From NCBI GenBank assembly GCA_035221665.1, contig CM069160.1:6510001-6574000 (forward strand): 64,000 nucleotides of DNA, read 5' to 3'. The number at the start of each line of letters is the position of its first letter. The stretch's first letter is position 1. Shown piece after piece: positions 1-13,356 of this stretch. Origin of the DNA: Okamejei kenojei (lineage: Eukaryota). The notes under the pieces were generated by a model, which made no database searches, was not told where the DNA came from, and saw nothing but the letters and a program-made list of their open reading frames with translations. Made by a program: the position numbers and the translations under genes.

Positions 1-166
1 TTGTTTTTTACCCAATCTCATTCCTTCTGGTACCTTAGTTACACTTGATCTCTCTGCTCCGAATCTACCATAAATATCATATCCTCTCCTGGGGTCCTAA
101 TTTCAAGTTTACCAGAGGTTCCCGTGTGTATCCCATACACCCCAGGGAGCGGATCCCCTGACTCCC
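1..166 (-). pseudogene. pro: Retroviral protease N-terminus (start of pol), frameshifted
   Basis: After the gag TAG: EPLVNLKLGP..., then (frame-corrected) IFMVDSGAERSSV with an aspartic protease DSG motif. Confidence 0.8.
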
Positions 167-1893
167 CTATTTCTTCCTCCATGAGTGCGTACGACTGCAC
201 CTCCCGTCGTAGCTTAGGACATTCCTCTTGAAATGACCTGGCTCTTTACAATAATAACACCGGGGTGGCCCCGTATACCATCCTTCTGATCCTTGTTCCT
301 TGTTTTCCCGGGGACCCCAACTTCGGTCCCTCCGTTCACCTCTTCCTCGTCCTCTAATACTACCGCTTCCCCTTCCCCGGTCTCCATGAGCACCCGGCCT
401 TCTATCACCTTCAATTCCCCCCTTCTGTGCTACTTGCTGTACTGCTTGCAGCATCATTTTTGCCTTTCCCTTCTGTTTCTCCTCATCCCGTCTTACATAT
501 ACCTTTTTGAGCCTCTGTTAACAACTGATTCAATGGTTTTTTTTCATTCCAAATCTTCCAATTTTTCCAATTTCTTTCTAATATCTGGCCATGATTTTGT
601 CACAAAATTAACCTTTAACAACTGCTGACCTGCGGTCGTATCAGGGTCTATCCCCGAATACTGCTGGACGTTCCTCCTTAATCTCTGTAAGAACACTGTT
701 GGAGGTTCGTCCTTGTTCTGCTGATTTTCAAAAGCCCGTTCGAAATTCTGTCCCTTGGGAACGGCTTCTCTGATTCCCTTTATTATTATCTCCCTGAGAT
801 CTCTCATACTTTTTCTTCCTTCCTCTGTTTGGTTATTGCAATTTTGGCACAGTTATGGGATATTTATCTGCTCCTGCATCTCCTGCTCCCGCTCAGCCGA
901 CAACCCCTTATCCCAAACCTTTATTCCCGCCTGTCTGACCATCTGCCTTTCTTCTGAAGTAAACAAACTTCCCAGTATCGACATCATTTCCTCCCATGCA
1001 TAAACATTTGGCCCTAGGAACTGATCTATTTGTTCAGCCAGTCCCAAGGGGTCGTCCAATAAACTTTTTCATCTCCCTTTTAAAGTTTCTCACCTCATAC
1101 TGGTGAGAGGCACATTTACAAATCCCATCCCCCCGGCATTTCCCCCTAACGGGACCTCCCTGAGGGGCTTCATTCGAACAGGCTGCCTAATCCCTGTGCC
1201 TCTGCCCTCGTTTGAGATCGCGTCCTCCGATGACTGCCTGGGGCACTTGTCTCATCCTCGTCCTCACTTTTTATTCTCTCTTCCTTATCTGACTGGCTCT
1301 CTTCTTCATCTTGTACCTTCCGTAATTCTCTATGCTCGGTCTCCTCTGTGACAGAAGCGGACAGGTTTACTGCCTGGCTTAGTGCGCCTGCCTGACTCTG
1401 GCTTAGTGGGACCTCCTGGGCAGATGCAGCCGGCGCTGATGGGGTATATTTGGGGGCTGGGATTCATATGGCGGGGGCAGTCTCCGTAGGTGATCATCAC
1501 CAATTGGTGGCCAGTCAGGTTCATCCTGCTCTTTTTCCGTCTTTTAAATGGAAACATCCCATTATTGGGTTTCCAGCACTGGGCATATTCCTTTTCTATT
1601 TGATTCAGCGTTTGTCTCTTCATTCACAAAAAACATTCAACGCCTGTCTCACCCAGTCCTCATTTGAACCCAACCGCGGCCACCACACTGCGCTCCCTCG
1701 AATAGGCTCCTTTGGCCACTCAAAATAACAAAACTTTATCATAGTCTCTCTACTCTTACCCCGGGTGTTCCCTTCACCCCATCCATACAACATTCGCCCC
1801 AACGGGACTATCGGGCGGAATGTTCGGCTCCATATTCAGTAGAGCCTCATCCCGGTTCCCCGGACCCTTACGTCTCCCGTTCCGGTTTCCCAT
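167..1893 (-). pseudogene. gag: ERV gag, broken by several 1-nt indels
   Basis: ATG-GGA (MG) at 1893; MA-like PPDSP.GRML..W...MIKFC..EWP...WP..GS; CA fragments DDPLGLAEQIDQFLG and QNKDEPPTVFLQRLR; zinc knuckle CYYCKEPGH; TAG at 169-167. Confidence 0.88.
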
Positions 1894-1960
1894 TACCTTG
1901 TTCGGACTATTCCCGTCCGACAAATCCCCCGGTCGTCCAGGCAATACTTAGTAGTCGTTT

Positions 1961-1970
1961 TTCTTACCTG
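1961..1970 (-). promoter_or_regulatory. Candidate ERV major splice donor in the leader
   Basis: CAG|GTAAGAA between the PBS and the gag ATG. Confidence 0.5.
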
Positions 1971-2168
1971 GGTCCTGTGCACAAGAATCACTCGACCGTC
2001 CCGTACGTATTTACCTTACAAACCCCCTCTTGCTTCCCCGAGTCTTTTTCACCGGATATCACGCGCTCAAACTGCTGATTGGCAATCAAGGAGATCGAGA
2101 CTGCTGAAATCAGCAGGGTGCACATTCCCTCCTCCTCTTTGCCTCCACCAAGCAGCCGGATAGTGGCG

Positions 2169-2186
2169 ATCGCGGACGAGCCCCAA
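2169..2186 (-). other. Primer-binding site, tRNA-Pro
   Basis: TTGGGGCTCGTCCGCGAT vs canonical TGGGGGCTCGTCCGGGAT (16/18), 1 nt from the LTR CA end. Confidence 0.88.
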
Positions 2187-2187
2187 T

Positions 2188-2842
2188 TGTGAGATACCCT
2201 TTATGCTCACAATTAATACCTCAAAGACTAAATCTTGGAAGCAAGAGATTTCTTTATTTTACGAGTCTGCAGACCGGGTTGCCTCTCCAACTCGAGACAC
2301 ACCGAAAGCCAGGAAGATCATCCCCTTTTACACAAAATCTTACATTCAATTTCTCCTCCGGACCTATCTCCAATCAGAGTCGGAGGTGCACAATCTGTAG
2401 GTACATAACCCACCGTTCATCCCCTCGCACCTCCCATATCATACATCGCATGTTCAAACATGTTCATGGTAATGAGCAATTCTTGACCATGGGGTGTGTT
2501 GTAATATTCATTTTTTCTATTAAGCATGCTCAATTGCTCATGACCTGGCCCAGTTTTACTCACCTCCTAGTGAACCCTCTCAGTTTTCTATATCAGCACT
2601 AAAGCTAAGCTATAGTGACAGGGGGTCCCATCTATCACTCCTTTCCACTGATTAGGGATCTCTCTACACACCCCCTTCTCTAGCTATACAAATCTATCTC
2701 ATTCTTACTCAAGGCCTCAAGGATGGGTCTGGCAATGGCAACTTCAGACACTGCTGTCAGAATTCTCTCTCCAGCCCCTCTCTGTTTGAATTCTCTTTAA
2801 AACTCCTTTCTTTAATAGGGTTTAATCACTTTATTCCTCACA
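2188..2842 (-). mobile_element. ERV 5' LTR (~655 bp)
   Basis: Starts TGTGAGGAATAAAGTGATTAAA, ends TATCTCACA, internal AATAAA, homologous along its length to 3304-3941. Confidence 0.9.
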
Positions 2843-3303
2843 CGCTGGTCCTCAATTTCATCCACTCTGGGCTAGATTCTTAGTTCAGAGAAAGAGGAAG
2901 GAGAATAGGAGACACTGAGAGTGTGGGTACATGCTGATTTTGGATTGCAACAGTGGTTGCCAATCTTTGCTTCTGTCATTCACATTGTAAAATCATGGAC
3001 AATTATCTGTCCGTGAAACCCTCATACGTCTGTAGTGAAACTAAAACCGTCAGCATGTAAATATTGCAGAGGAACTGGATAGTAAACTGATTGATTCTTA
3101 TCTTTCTACCCATAATATTTAAACCAAGCATGATAGGTAACTACAAGGCCAAATGTGAGAGACATGTTTACTTGTTATCTATTGTTTAAGTTGTATAAAG
3201 AAGTTGAAATGGCCTTTCTATCACACAAGTGGGTGGAATTGTTGCTTGGCATTTCCATTTTAATTTATTTTTTTACTCTGGTGTCACTTCGAGGTTAGCT
3301 TAT

Positions 3304-3941
3304 TGTGAGGAGATAAAGTGATTAAACACCACTATTGTAAGGGGCTTTAAAGAAGGATTCAAACCAACAGAGGCCAGGGGAGAGGGTTCTGACACAGCTG
3401 TGTATAAAAGTTCCCAGAGCAGTCCTTGAGTAAGAATTGATAGCATTGTATAGTGGTATAGAAGGGAGTGATGTAGATAGACCCCTATCAGTAAAAGGGA
3501 ATGATAGATGGGGCCTTGTCACTATAGCTTAGCTTTAGTGCTGAATATAGGAGAACTGAGGAGAGTTCAGTTGGAGGTGAGTAAAACTAGGGCAGGTCAT
3601 AGACAATACTGAGCATGCTTAATAAAAAATTGATATTAACACACCGTGGTCAAGAAACTTGCTCATTACCATGCACATGTATCTGGACATGCGATGTATG
3701 ATGTGGGAGGTTACTGGGGGGGGAGTACCTACAGATTGTGCACCTCAGTGTCTGATTGGAGGGAGTCAAAGAAGGGGAGGTTGGATGTAGAATTGTGTGT
3801 ATAGAGGGGGTTTACCCTTCTGACTTTGGTCGTGTCTCAACTTGGAGAGGCACTCGACTCTGCAGACTCGCAAATAAAGAATCTCTTGCTTCCACGATTC
3901 AGTCTCTGAGTAGTGATTGTGAGCACAGTGCATATCTCACA
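3304..3941 (+). mobile_element. Solo LTR of the same ERV family, opposite orientation
   Basis: TGTGAGGAGATAAAGTGATTAAA...TATCTCACA, AATAAA at 3873-3878, 4-bp TSD TTAT (3300-3303 and 3942-3945), no PBS. Confidence 0.9.
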
Positions 3942-4057
3942 TTATGACTAATTTTCTTCCTGCTCTAATTCGTGTGGAAACTCCATTTGGAGAAATGCAG
4001 TGTAATTGGGCCATATTGCGTGGCCAGTTATTGAGACAGAAATGAGATAAGAGATAT

Positions 4058-4500
4058 AGAATCATAGAAAATAGGTGCAGGAGTAGGCCATTTGGCCTTC
4101 GAGCCTCCACCGCCATTCAATATGATCATGGCTGATATTCAACTCAGTATCCTGTACCTGCCTTCTCTCCATTACCCCTGATCCCTTTAGCACAAAGGGC
4201 CACATCTATCTAACTCTTAAATATAGCCAATGAATTGGCCTCCTCTCAACTACTTCTGAGGCAAATATAATTCCAGAGACTCACCACTCTCTGTGTGAAA
4301 AATGTTTTCCCTATCTCGGGCCTAAAGAATAATTCCCCTTATCCTTAAACTGTGACCACTTGTTCTGGACCTCCCCAACATCGGGAAAATAATCTTCCTG
4401 CATCTAGAGCCTTGTCAAGGTCCTGGTGAACCTTCTCTGTACCCCCTCTATGGCAAGAATGTCTTTCCTCAGATTTGGAGACCAAAACTGTACGCAACTG
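4058..4500 (-). mobile_element. CR1-type LINE 3' fragment (elasmobranch HER1-like)
   Basis: Tail rc ATAGGTGCAGGAGTAGGCCATT; ORF remnant [25 protein letters not shown]. Confidence 0.85.
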
Positions 4501-5354
4501 TAAAACTGTACTGTATGTTTATTACCAGCACGATTAAAGTGATTCATGCACTTTATGGATGTTGACTTTGTACCTCGAGATTGCAAGCTTCAGAAATTAA
4601 TAATGTCTCACCTACAGATATGCATTTCCCACTACAATTGAAAAACATTGGAGGAGAATAAGAACGTAACAAAGAAAAGCAGGAACAGGTTTGGAACCTG
4701 TTTCATTCATTAAAATTATGGCAAATCTACCATCTCAACATTTGTTTTTCTGTATTATCTCAGATCCTTAATTCCTTAATATCCAGAAACCTATCCTTCT
4801 CTATTTTAAACTAAGTCCAAGCCTGAGCCCCAAACTGTGCTCCAAGCCAGAGATTTTGAAATATTCACTGCCATCTGCATCAAGACATTTCTCCTCAAAG
4901 GCATACTTATTCTGTTAACTTTCATTTCAGGACTCCTCAGCTCTGCGAAACCAATGCATCCAATATGTCAAAGCCTGCAATAAATTTGTACGTTTCAATA
5001 TCTCCTCCCATTCCTCTAAATTTTAGAGAATGGAGGCCTGATATGCCCAATCTCCTCCTCGTATATCACTGATCACCAAACCCTGGAAGCACCTAATGAA
5101 TAGCTCTCTACATAGTTATCACATCCTTCCTCAGATGAAAAACCCGTGGGGGCAGATTGAATGCTGGTTTAATAGAATGTGACATTCATAGTCCCTGATC
5201 TGCCCACCAGAAAATGAGACACACACAACTTACGACCAATTCTAAATAATTCAATCAATCGACGCAAATGAGTAGGGATTTTTTCATACTATCACTTCAG
5301 GAACTGGCCTCCTTGAATCAGTTCAAGAGAGATCATAGAGTAAAGGTTTGAAAA

Positions 5355-6025
5355 TAGAAAATAGGTGCAAGAGGAGCCCATTCGGCCCTTTGAGCCAGCA
5401 CCGCCATTCATTGTGATCATGGCTGATCGTCCCCAATCAATAACCTGTGCCGCCTTCTCCCCATATCCGTTGATTCCACTAGCCCGAGAGCTCTCTATCT
5501 AACTCTCTCTTAAATCCAACCCAGTGATTTGGCCTCCACTGCCCCATCTGTAGCTGGGAATTCCACAAATTCACAACTCTCTGGGTGGAAAACGGTTTTT
5601 CTCACCTCGGTCTTAAATGACCTCCCCTTTATTCTAAGATTTTGGCCCCTGGTTCTGGACTCACCCAACATTGGGAACCTTTTCCTGCATTTAGCTTGTC
5701 CAGTCCTTTTATAATTTTATTATGTCTCTATAAGATTCCCCCCTCATCCTTCTTAAACTCCAGTGAATACAAGCCTAGTCTTTTCAATCTTTCCTTATAT
5801 GACAGTCCTACCATCACAGGGATTCAATCTCATGAACCTAACGCTGCACTGCCTCAATCACAAGGATGTCCATTCCTCAAATTAGGAGACAAAACTGTAC
5901 ACAATACTCCAGATGTGGTCTTACCAGAGGCCCTATACAACTGCAGAAGAACCTCTTTACTCCTATACTGAAATAATCTTGTTATGAAGGCCAACATTCC
6001 ATTAGCTTTCATTTCTATTGCCTGT
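5355..6025 (-). mobile_element. CR1-type LINE 3' fragment
   Basis: Same 3' tail and RT C-terminal region as the other copies in the window. Confidence 0.85.
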
Positions 6026-8705
6026 GATAAAATGTATGCTCGGATTCAATGGATCCTGATCTAATTGTGTAAAACTATTAGAACCGATGAGGTGAGATTG
6101 TTATTGCGTGGGGTGTTAATCAACTCAAATCCATTAGGTGATAAATTATATGGCTGCTAAAGGTTAGAATTTCCTACCTGACAACTTTAGGAGCATTAAT
6201 ATCCACACAAAGAGCCTCCCAATGTAATCTCTTACAACACAGCAACTTTACATTTTAAAATTACACAAAGACTTTAAGATGGAGAGGAGCCATACAAACA
6301 TTCAGTACTTCCTCATCTCTGGCAGAAGATTGGATTCATACATCATTCATTTTCATGGATTCTTAGCTGCTTAAATGTTTCCTTTAGGCACTGGCACTAT
6401 TGTTACAGCCCCCACATTTGGCTAAAACCTAATCCACATGTCTCCTACAGCTTCCAGGTCATCTTTTTGCTCATGAGGAAATTGCATCATCAATATTAGC
6501 ACACTTTAAGCACGAAGTAAGAATAGTTATGCTGCAGGATCGATATTCACCTCCTATTTCCCAAGATGGATGCACGTTAAACTTGTCTTGACATACAGGC
6601 CCATTATTTTTATCTTCAATAGCCAACATCTTTGATCACTGAATACCAAGAGTCTGTCACCATCTATTTTCCAAAAGCATGAATGAGCCAGTTCATGGAA
6701 GCATGTTAGCTGAAAAATAGTATGCGATGGATGCCTGAATTTCAGGTCTATCGTTTAAGACTAACTTGGTGGGGTCAAAAAAAAATCTCTATTGCTAAAT
6801 CAATTTCAAATCATTTCATGGTTTCACCAGCTTAGGCCCTTAAAAAATCACATGTCCTTACAATTTGAGCTGCCACCAATTGTGTCCTTACAAACCTGCC
6901 AGCTCAGTAGATTAGAAGACGCCCATTGCTTCTAGATGTTTATTTCTAGCCTTGGTGTAAATTAATTGAAGGGGGTTACTAAACATTGGGAGGTTGAGGG
7001 ATGATGGTAGTAGGTGGGAAAATAGTGCAAAAATCAAGAAAAACACATACTGTAGTTGAAAATATGTTAATAATGCAAGACAATTCATACATGATTAATC
7101 AGATTTATTTCCTAGCATCACCATATCCAAGGCATTATCTATCTTTAATTAATTACAATGACAACATTACACATTAGAATATAATTTAGCTTAAACATGC
7201 TTGAAAGAATGCTTTTCTGTTGAATCATAGTAAAACAAATTTAAAAATAACCATCAACCACACAAAAAACACCAAATAGGCTTTTTTCCCTCAAAATAGA
7301 GAAAACTGTTATTTACATGAAATATCAGAATCTTGTTTTATTAACATACACTGTAATACCAAACACATCATTTATAACTTAATTCACATTATCCGTCTCA
7401 TTTATTTTTCTCTCTAGCATAAACAAAATATACTCTTCCCAAATGTAAAAAATGCAACCAGTGTTTTAGGAAACCGTTTGCTTCGGGAAAATTGAGTTTT
7501 TCAAGAAATGCACTCAGAAAAGGTACTCAGCTGTTTCATCAATTTAATAGATTATATCACAAGGTTGGGATTAACTTTCTAATAATGCTTTTACGTCTAT
7601 TCACTAATTTCTTGGATGAAACAGCCTAGCCCTGCCTACAACAGAACCAAGGCTACAGACAAGCTCCAATTGATCTGTATAAGATAACAATTGTGCCAAT
7701 AAAATGTCAGTTAAATGTTTGCATCTACTCTGCAGGAGCTTAACCATTTCTTCACTGCTCAGTCAGGATCCCCGTTTATCAGGATCCCTATTGATCAGGA
7801 TTTTTGGATTTAATTGTCAAAAAATCGATGTATTAATTACACCAAATACCATGCCTGTAACAGGAAGACTGACAATAAAAACTCTCTGACTAAATGGCTC
7901 CCTGGGATCGGGGAATTCCAGGACTTCCAACACGTGGGCCGGACTTTGGACTGGTTGTGTTTTCTGTGGGTTTTTTTTAAACTGCGCTAAAATTGTGGCG
8001 ACTGTGCATTTGTCGTTGTGTAAAAGAATTTCACTGTGCTGTGCATGCGTGACAATAAAGAACCACTGAACTTTACCCCCTCTCTCTTCCTCCAAAATGT
8101 CCACAATTAGCTCGGGGAATAAAGTTGAGTGCAACAGAATATTTAACTGAACAATCAATACTTAATCTATAGCCACAGCCATACTTTAGCTCAAGAACAT
8201 ACTTCAAAGTACTTGAGATCAATGTTGTTTCATTAATGATGATTGCAGCAGGATCTTGATTGATTGGCCAGGTGGCTGAAGAATGGTTATTGGAATTTAA
8301 TACAGCAAAATGTGAGGTGTTTCATTCCTCTCCGAACATGATATCGGACAATGTATCAGGGTTTAGCACAATTAGATATTTAATTTTAAGTCAGATTTGA
8401 ATATGGTAGGTTTCTGCCTAATTGTTTTCAAGTGCAGGACACAAAATATTGGGAGAAACGATATCTCAATTTTTCTCTAATCCACAGGATCAGATATTTT
8501 TAATGGTTAATAGTACAACAGCCGATACACACTCGTACATGAACTTTCATCAGGGAATGATATTCACTGGTCTAACATGAATAAAAAATCACCATAGCCC
8601 CTTTAAAGGTACATAAATCTGTTTAAAAGATACTCATAAGTATAGCTGAAAATAATTTCTCTTATTGTATTATCTTATCACAGTCTACAACTTATTGCCT
8701 TTTAC

Positions 8706-8821
8706 TTATTCTTTATCCCAGGTGAACACCAATGGCAGGTCCTTCATTCTTTCTTGGTAAATTTTGTCAAACCTCTCAGATTGAGCTACTGTGAAATTAT
8801 TTTTCCAGTCACCAACTGTCC
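8706..8821 (-). CDS. Sulfotransferase last coding exon
   Basis: ttttcctttcag|[39 protein letters not shown]; PAPS-binding and dimerisation motif. Confidence 0.93.
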
Positions 8822-10138
8822 CTGAAAGGAAAAATGTGAAGAATCACATAAATAGTGAACTAAAAACTGAGACATTGAGGGAAGCAAATTGTTAGAAAAT
8901 ATTTCAGAAAGATACCAAGCAATGAAAACAGCAAATACTGAAACAGGTCAGATAGCATAATGGAAACAGTTTATGTTTTCAATTCCAGATACCTTTGCCA
9001 GAACTGGGAAAGAATAAGGCTTTTTTTTTCAACGAAGGTTTCCGTTTCTGAAATGTTAATTTCTGTTTATTTTTGCACACATGCTATCTGACCTGTTGAG
9101 TATTTGTAGCAATTTCTTTATTTCAAACCTCCTGATCTGCAGTCAGAGAGTCATAGAGCATTACAGTGTGGAAACAGGCCCTTCGGCCAACACCCGACCA
9201 GCCAACATGTCCCAGCTACAACAAGTCCCACCTGTCTGCATTTGGTCCATATCCCCTTCAAAACCTGTCCTATCCTGTAGTCATAGAGCTGCACATCAGG
9301 GGAACCAGGTCCTTCGGTCCAATTTATCTATGCCAACCAAGGTGGTATTCTGAGCTGGTCCCATTTGCCAGCATTTGGACCTGTTTCCTTCTAAACCCTT
9401 TCTATCCATATATCTGTCCACATGTTCTGAAAGTCATAATTGCATCCACTTCTAAAGCTTCCTCATGCAGCTCGTTCCTATTATATCCTACCCCTTGAGA
9501 GAAAAAGTTGCCCGAGGTTGCTTACATTTTTTCTCTCTCACCTTAAGCGGACGTCCTTTATCTTCTACACTGGGGAAAAAACGAATGTGAGCATTCACTT
9601 GAGCAACATCCTCATGATTTTAGAATATAGCACATAGAACTGTATAGCAAGCACAAGAACAGGCTCTTCGGCCAACAATGTCTGTAACGAACATGATGTC
9701 AAGGCTATCACTTGTCTACCCTCACATAATCCCTTTATTCCCTGCATATCCATTATCCTGCAAAAACCTGCCCTTTAACCTTTGTCCCTCTCATCTCAAA
9801 GCTATGCCCTTTGATTTTTCCATCCCGAGAAAAATATTCTGACCATTCCCTTTTCTATGCCTCTCATAATGTTATATATATTTCTACCAGGTCTCCCCAC
9901 ACATCTTCGGCATTCCAGAGAATACAATCCAAGTCTGTCCAGCCTTTCTCTCTGTAGCCTATAAGCCAACCCTGGTTACAGAGAGAAAGGAGATATTCAA
10001 GCATAGAAAGCAGCAAGTGTCAAGAGAATCAAGAGGGTTTAATCGCCATATGATTTAGAACAGAATAATGAAATTCTTACTTTTTGCAGCTTAACAAGCT
10101 TGTAAATACAATATTATTGTAGAAGGCTGCGTGTTTAA

Positions 10139-10347
10139 ATCACGTTGGGTCACCGGTGTAGCGGCCTGGACAAGGTCAGGAAAAAGCCAGACGCCAGGCA
10201 GGTTCAAACAGTAGTCTTTTATCACACAGCAAGAGGCGCACACACACACCAAGGGTCTCTGGAAACCCGTGGCAGACAATGCCCCTGTCCCTCAATCGGC
10301 GGAGAGGGATGATCCAAGGAGTGGCTTACCCCCCAGGGACCGCCACA
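10139..10347 (-). mobile_element. Short Gypsy-type LTR (10157-10347) with adjacent tRNA-Trp-like PBS; internal region lost
   Basis: TGTGGCGG...CCGCTACA termini; CGGTGACCCAACGTGAT vs Trp PBS TGGTGACCCCGACGTGAT. Confidence 0.65.
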
Positions 10348-10439
10348 ATATCATCAATACAATACATTGATAACCGATAAGACAGGTAACAATTAAAGTA
10401 TTTAAACCAAAGTTCAGATTGCATACCAAAGAAACAGTT

Positions 10440-11150
10440 CATAAATGATCATAGTTGTAGAGGCTAGTGCTGTGTAGTGTTCACAAAATCAATGTTGCTG
10501 GGGAGAAGCTACTTTTGGAACCTGATGGTCACAGTTTTAGGCTTCAGTATCTTCCAAATTGTATTAGAGAAATGCGAGAGTGAGCAAGGGTGATGGGAGT
10601 CTTTGATGATATTGGCTGCTTGTTTAGCAACACCTCCTACAGATCCCTTCAATAGAGGGGAGATCAGTACCTGTGATGGACAGGCAATGCCTACCAGTTT
10701 CAGTGGTAATTCCTGGTTATTTGAGTTGCCAAACCATGCTATGATGCAACCAGTTAGTAGTGTCTCTCCAGTGCACCTGTAGAAGTTCAATGGAGTAATC
10801 GCTGACTTACCAAATTTTCTCAATCTTCAATGGAAGTAGAGATATTGATGAGCTTTGTGATTGCAAGGATCTTAAAGTTGTTGGACTTTCTCCACTGCCA
10901 TCCCATCAATGAAGATAGTTTGTGGATCCCCAGCTTCTCTTTCTCAAGTCAACAATCGGTTCTGTGATCTTGCTCATTTTGAGAGCAAAATTGTTGTTCT
11001 GGCACCATTCAATCAGATTACCAGTCTCTCTCCTGTACTTTGGCATATCGTTACCATTATTTGTTCAATAACGATGGTGTCACCCCCAAATTTAAAGCTG
11101 ACATTGGCGCTGTGTATGGCTATATGTTCATGGATATAGAGAGGGTAGTG
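10440..11150 (-). mobile_element. LINE RT 3' fragment (Rex1/Babar/L2-like)
   Basis: NFYRCTGETLLTGCIIAWFGNS and degenerate KFGGDTIV motifs. Confidence 0.65.
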
Positions 11151-12793
11151 CCAGCACAAAGCTCAGTTGAGTTTATTGCTATTAGTTATTAGCTATTACA
11201 GCTAATACAGCTATTAATATCATTAGACTCAGCACGGAAACAAGCCCTTCAACCCAACTAGTTCCAATATGTCCCAATCTAAGCTGGTCCCATTTGCCCG
11301 TATTTGGTGCATATCCCTCTATCCATGTATCTGCCCACGTGTCTATTAAATGTTATTGTTTGTACCTGCCTCAACGACCTCCTTTTGGCAGCTCATTCCA
11401 TATGCCCACACCTTCTTATTCTGCATCGTTGGGGTCTGAGTCACAGAGAAAGACTGGAGGAAGGTGGAATTTGCAGGCTTGGAATGAGATGGTGAAGAAC
11501 AATTGTAATTGTGTGGGCCATTCACCCACTCTATGGGCTGCCCGATTTTGGTCTTGGCATTCACCAAGAAAATTTAGATAATGTCCTTAATGCAGAAATA
11601 GTGGCAGATCCATTACTTCTCACTTCCCACTAGGCAAGGATAATTGTAAAATTAATTTAAGTGATCTCTTTGAGGGGACAATACAGTAAACAATCAGGAA
11701 AAGGTATTGAACCAATACACAAAAATATATGAGCAACACCCAAAATTAACATGCAAAGTGGTGTGGTAAATATTAAAATGCTAGAGTAATTTCAGAAAAC
11801 AATTGGTGTTGCAATGATTCTCGTGGCTAAGTAGGGAATGTGACAAAAAAAAAAGACATTGATAGATAATTAACCAATGGTTTAATTGTCATTGTCATCT
11901 ATAATTTCCTCAATGCTCCTTTTCGTAAAATTGGTTTCAGCTACCACATTCAGGCAAAAAATAATTTTGGATATTAGCTGCTGAAGTGGTCCCTGCTGTT
12001 GCCCTCCAGTGTCGATCCTAATAGTTTTTTGGAGCAGGGATAGGGAGCCTAATTGGGGAATAGGGAATGCGAAATGCAACACAAGCACCACTGATGCTTT
12101 TTTGCAGTATCAGCATGTAGATTCCACCTTATGACTCCAGTTATTCTATGCAGTCCCTGAGCATGAAGGTAGGCAATACAGAAAATATTAAAACAGTGCA
12201 TTATTTTAAGATTTTACTTCGAGTCACGTCAGTGACTCCGTGAAGAACCCCATTGCAGCGCTCCTCCAAGCGGTAAAAACTCAAGGTAAGTTTTAAAACT
12301 TTTTTCGAGTTCATTTTCTGTGGACGGTTGGAGAGGTCCTTTTGGAAATGTTGCAGAAAGTGAAAAAAGGTGGGGACGAGGCGCTCCAGAGGGAGGAAGG
12401 TTGACGACCAGGAGAGTGTTGTTGGTGGAGGCCGTCTTGTGCACCTGGTCCGATACCGGCTATAGAGCCAGCGATTGCGGACCCACTGCCTGTGAGCAGT
12501 GTAGGCTTGCCAGTAGGGCGGAAGGCCACTGGCAAGTCAGTTAGGCCCATTGGACCCAGAGTCGGGCCTGGAGGTTGTACCCTCTACAGGGAGAATCTCG
12601 ACCTGGGGAGAATCTCTCCCAGGTCGAGATTCTATTGCAAAGAATGCTCAACAGGGACGAGCTTCGTGAGGAGGAGTGGTGCCCAAGCCAGGCTATGGGA
12701 GAACCTGAACTAGCAGCACCTTTACAGGGCTGCAGGAATATCCTGCTGTGAGGAGGATGATCCAACGAATGGCAGTTCGCTGACACCGATTCA

Positions 12794-13356
12794 ATGGTGG
12801 GGGAGAGCAGTAAGGGAGTTCAGTTGGAGGTCATTCCTAATATTGCTGGAAAATTTGCTATGCCTAGAGAGGCAGGAGAGCCGATTGCGGAAAAATTGGC
12901 TACAGCAATTCAGTATATGCTCTCCCACCAGTTACAGGAGTTGGCCATGGATGAGGCGGGCAAGAAGTCTGAAGCTCCTATTAATTGTGTTTTCCTGAAA
13001 GTACCGTGGTTAATCATTAGATTTGGACACAGTTGGGGCTGTCAGCTAGGGCTCAAGAAATGAAATTTTAAAAAGTGCTCAGATTGTTCTCGGCAGGGCT
13101 TACGGCTTTTGTGAAAATAATTGATACAAGGAATATGTCTGAAGCCCATCAGGATACACTGGGACTGTTTTGTAGTGCATTCTTTGAAATCAATAACATC
13201 AGAAGAGCCGCTAGAAGAGCCGCTATAAGGCTGGTGATTAATCCTAATCTGGCGGGCTTTGTGCAAAAACTGCCCAGTGTACCGCCACGAAATCTGTTGC
13301 TTAGAGGTGATCTTGTTATAAGAGTGAAAGAATGTCATGAGGATGTAAAAAACTAG
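12794..13356 (+). pseudogene. DIRS ORF1 (gag-like) remnant
   Basis: Position upstream of RT; GEPIAEKLA...P.NC..L.VP and INNIRR..IR..INP..LC-type segments. Confidence 0.55.

Larger units (their letters stand above)
1..2842 (-). mobile_element. Class I (gamma/epsilon-like) endogenous retrovirus, 5' part (5'LTR-PBS-gag-pro); continues beyond the left edge
   Basis: LTR TGTGAG...CTCACA, tRNA-Pro PBS, gag MA/CA/CCHC motifs, amber stop followed by protease DSG motif. Confidence 0.92.

Noticed and set aside
6720-8620. Possible old DNA-transposon/MITE remnants downstream of the SULT stop
   Set aside because: No matching terminal inverted repeats or TSDs could be established by eye
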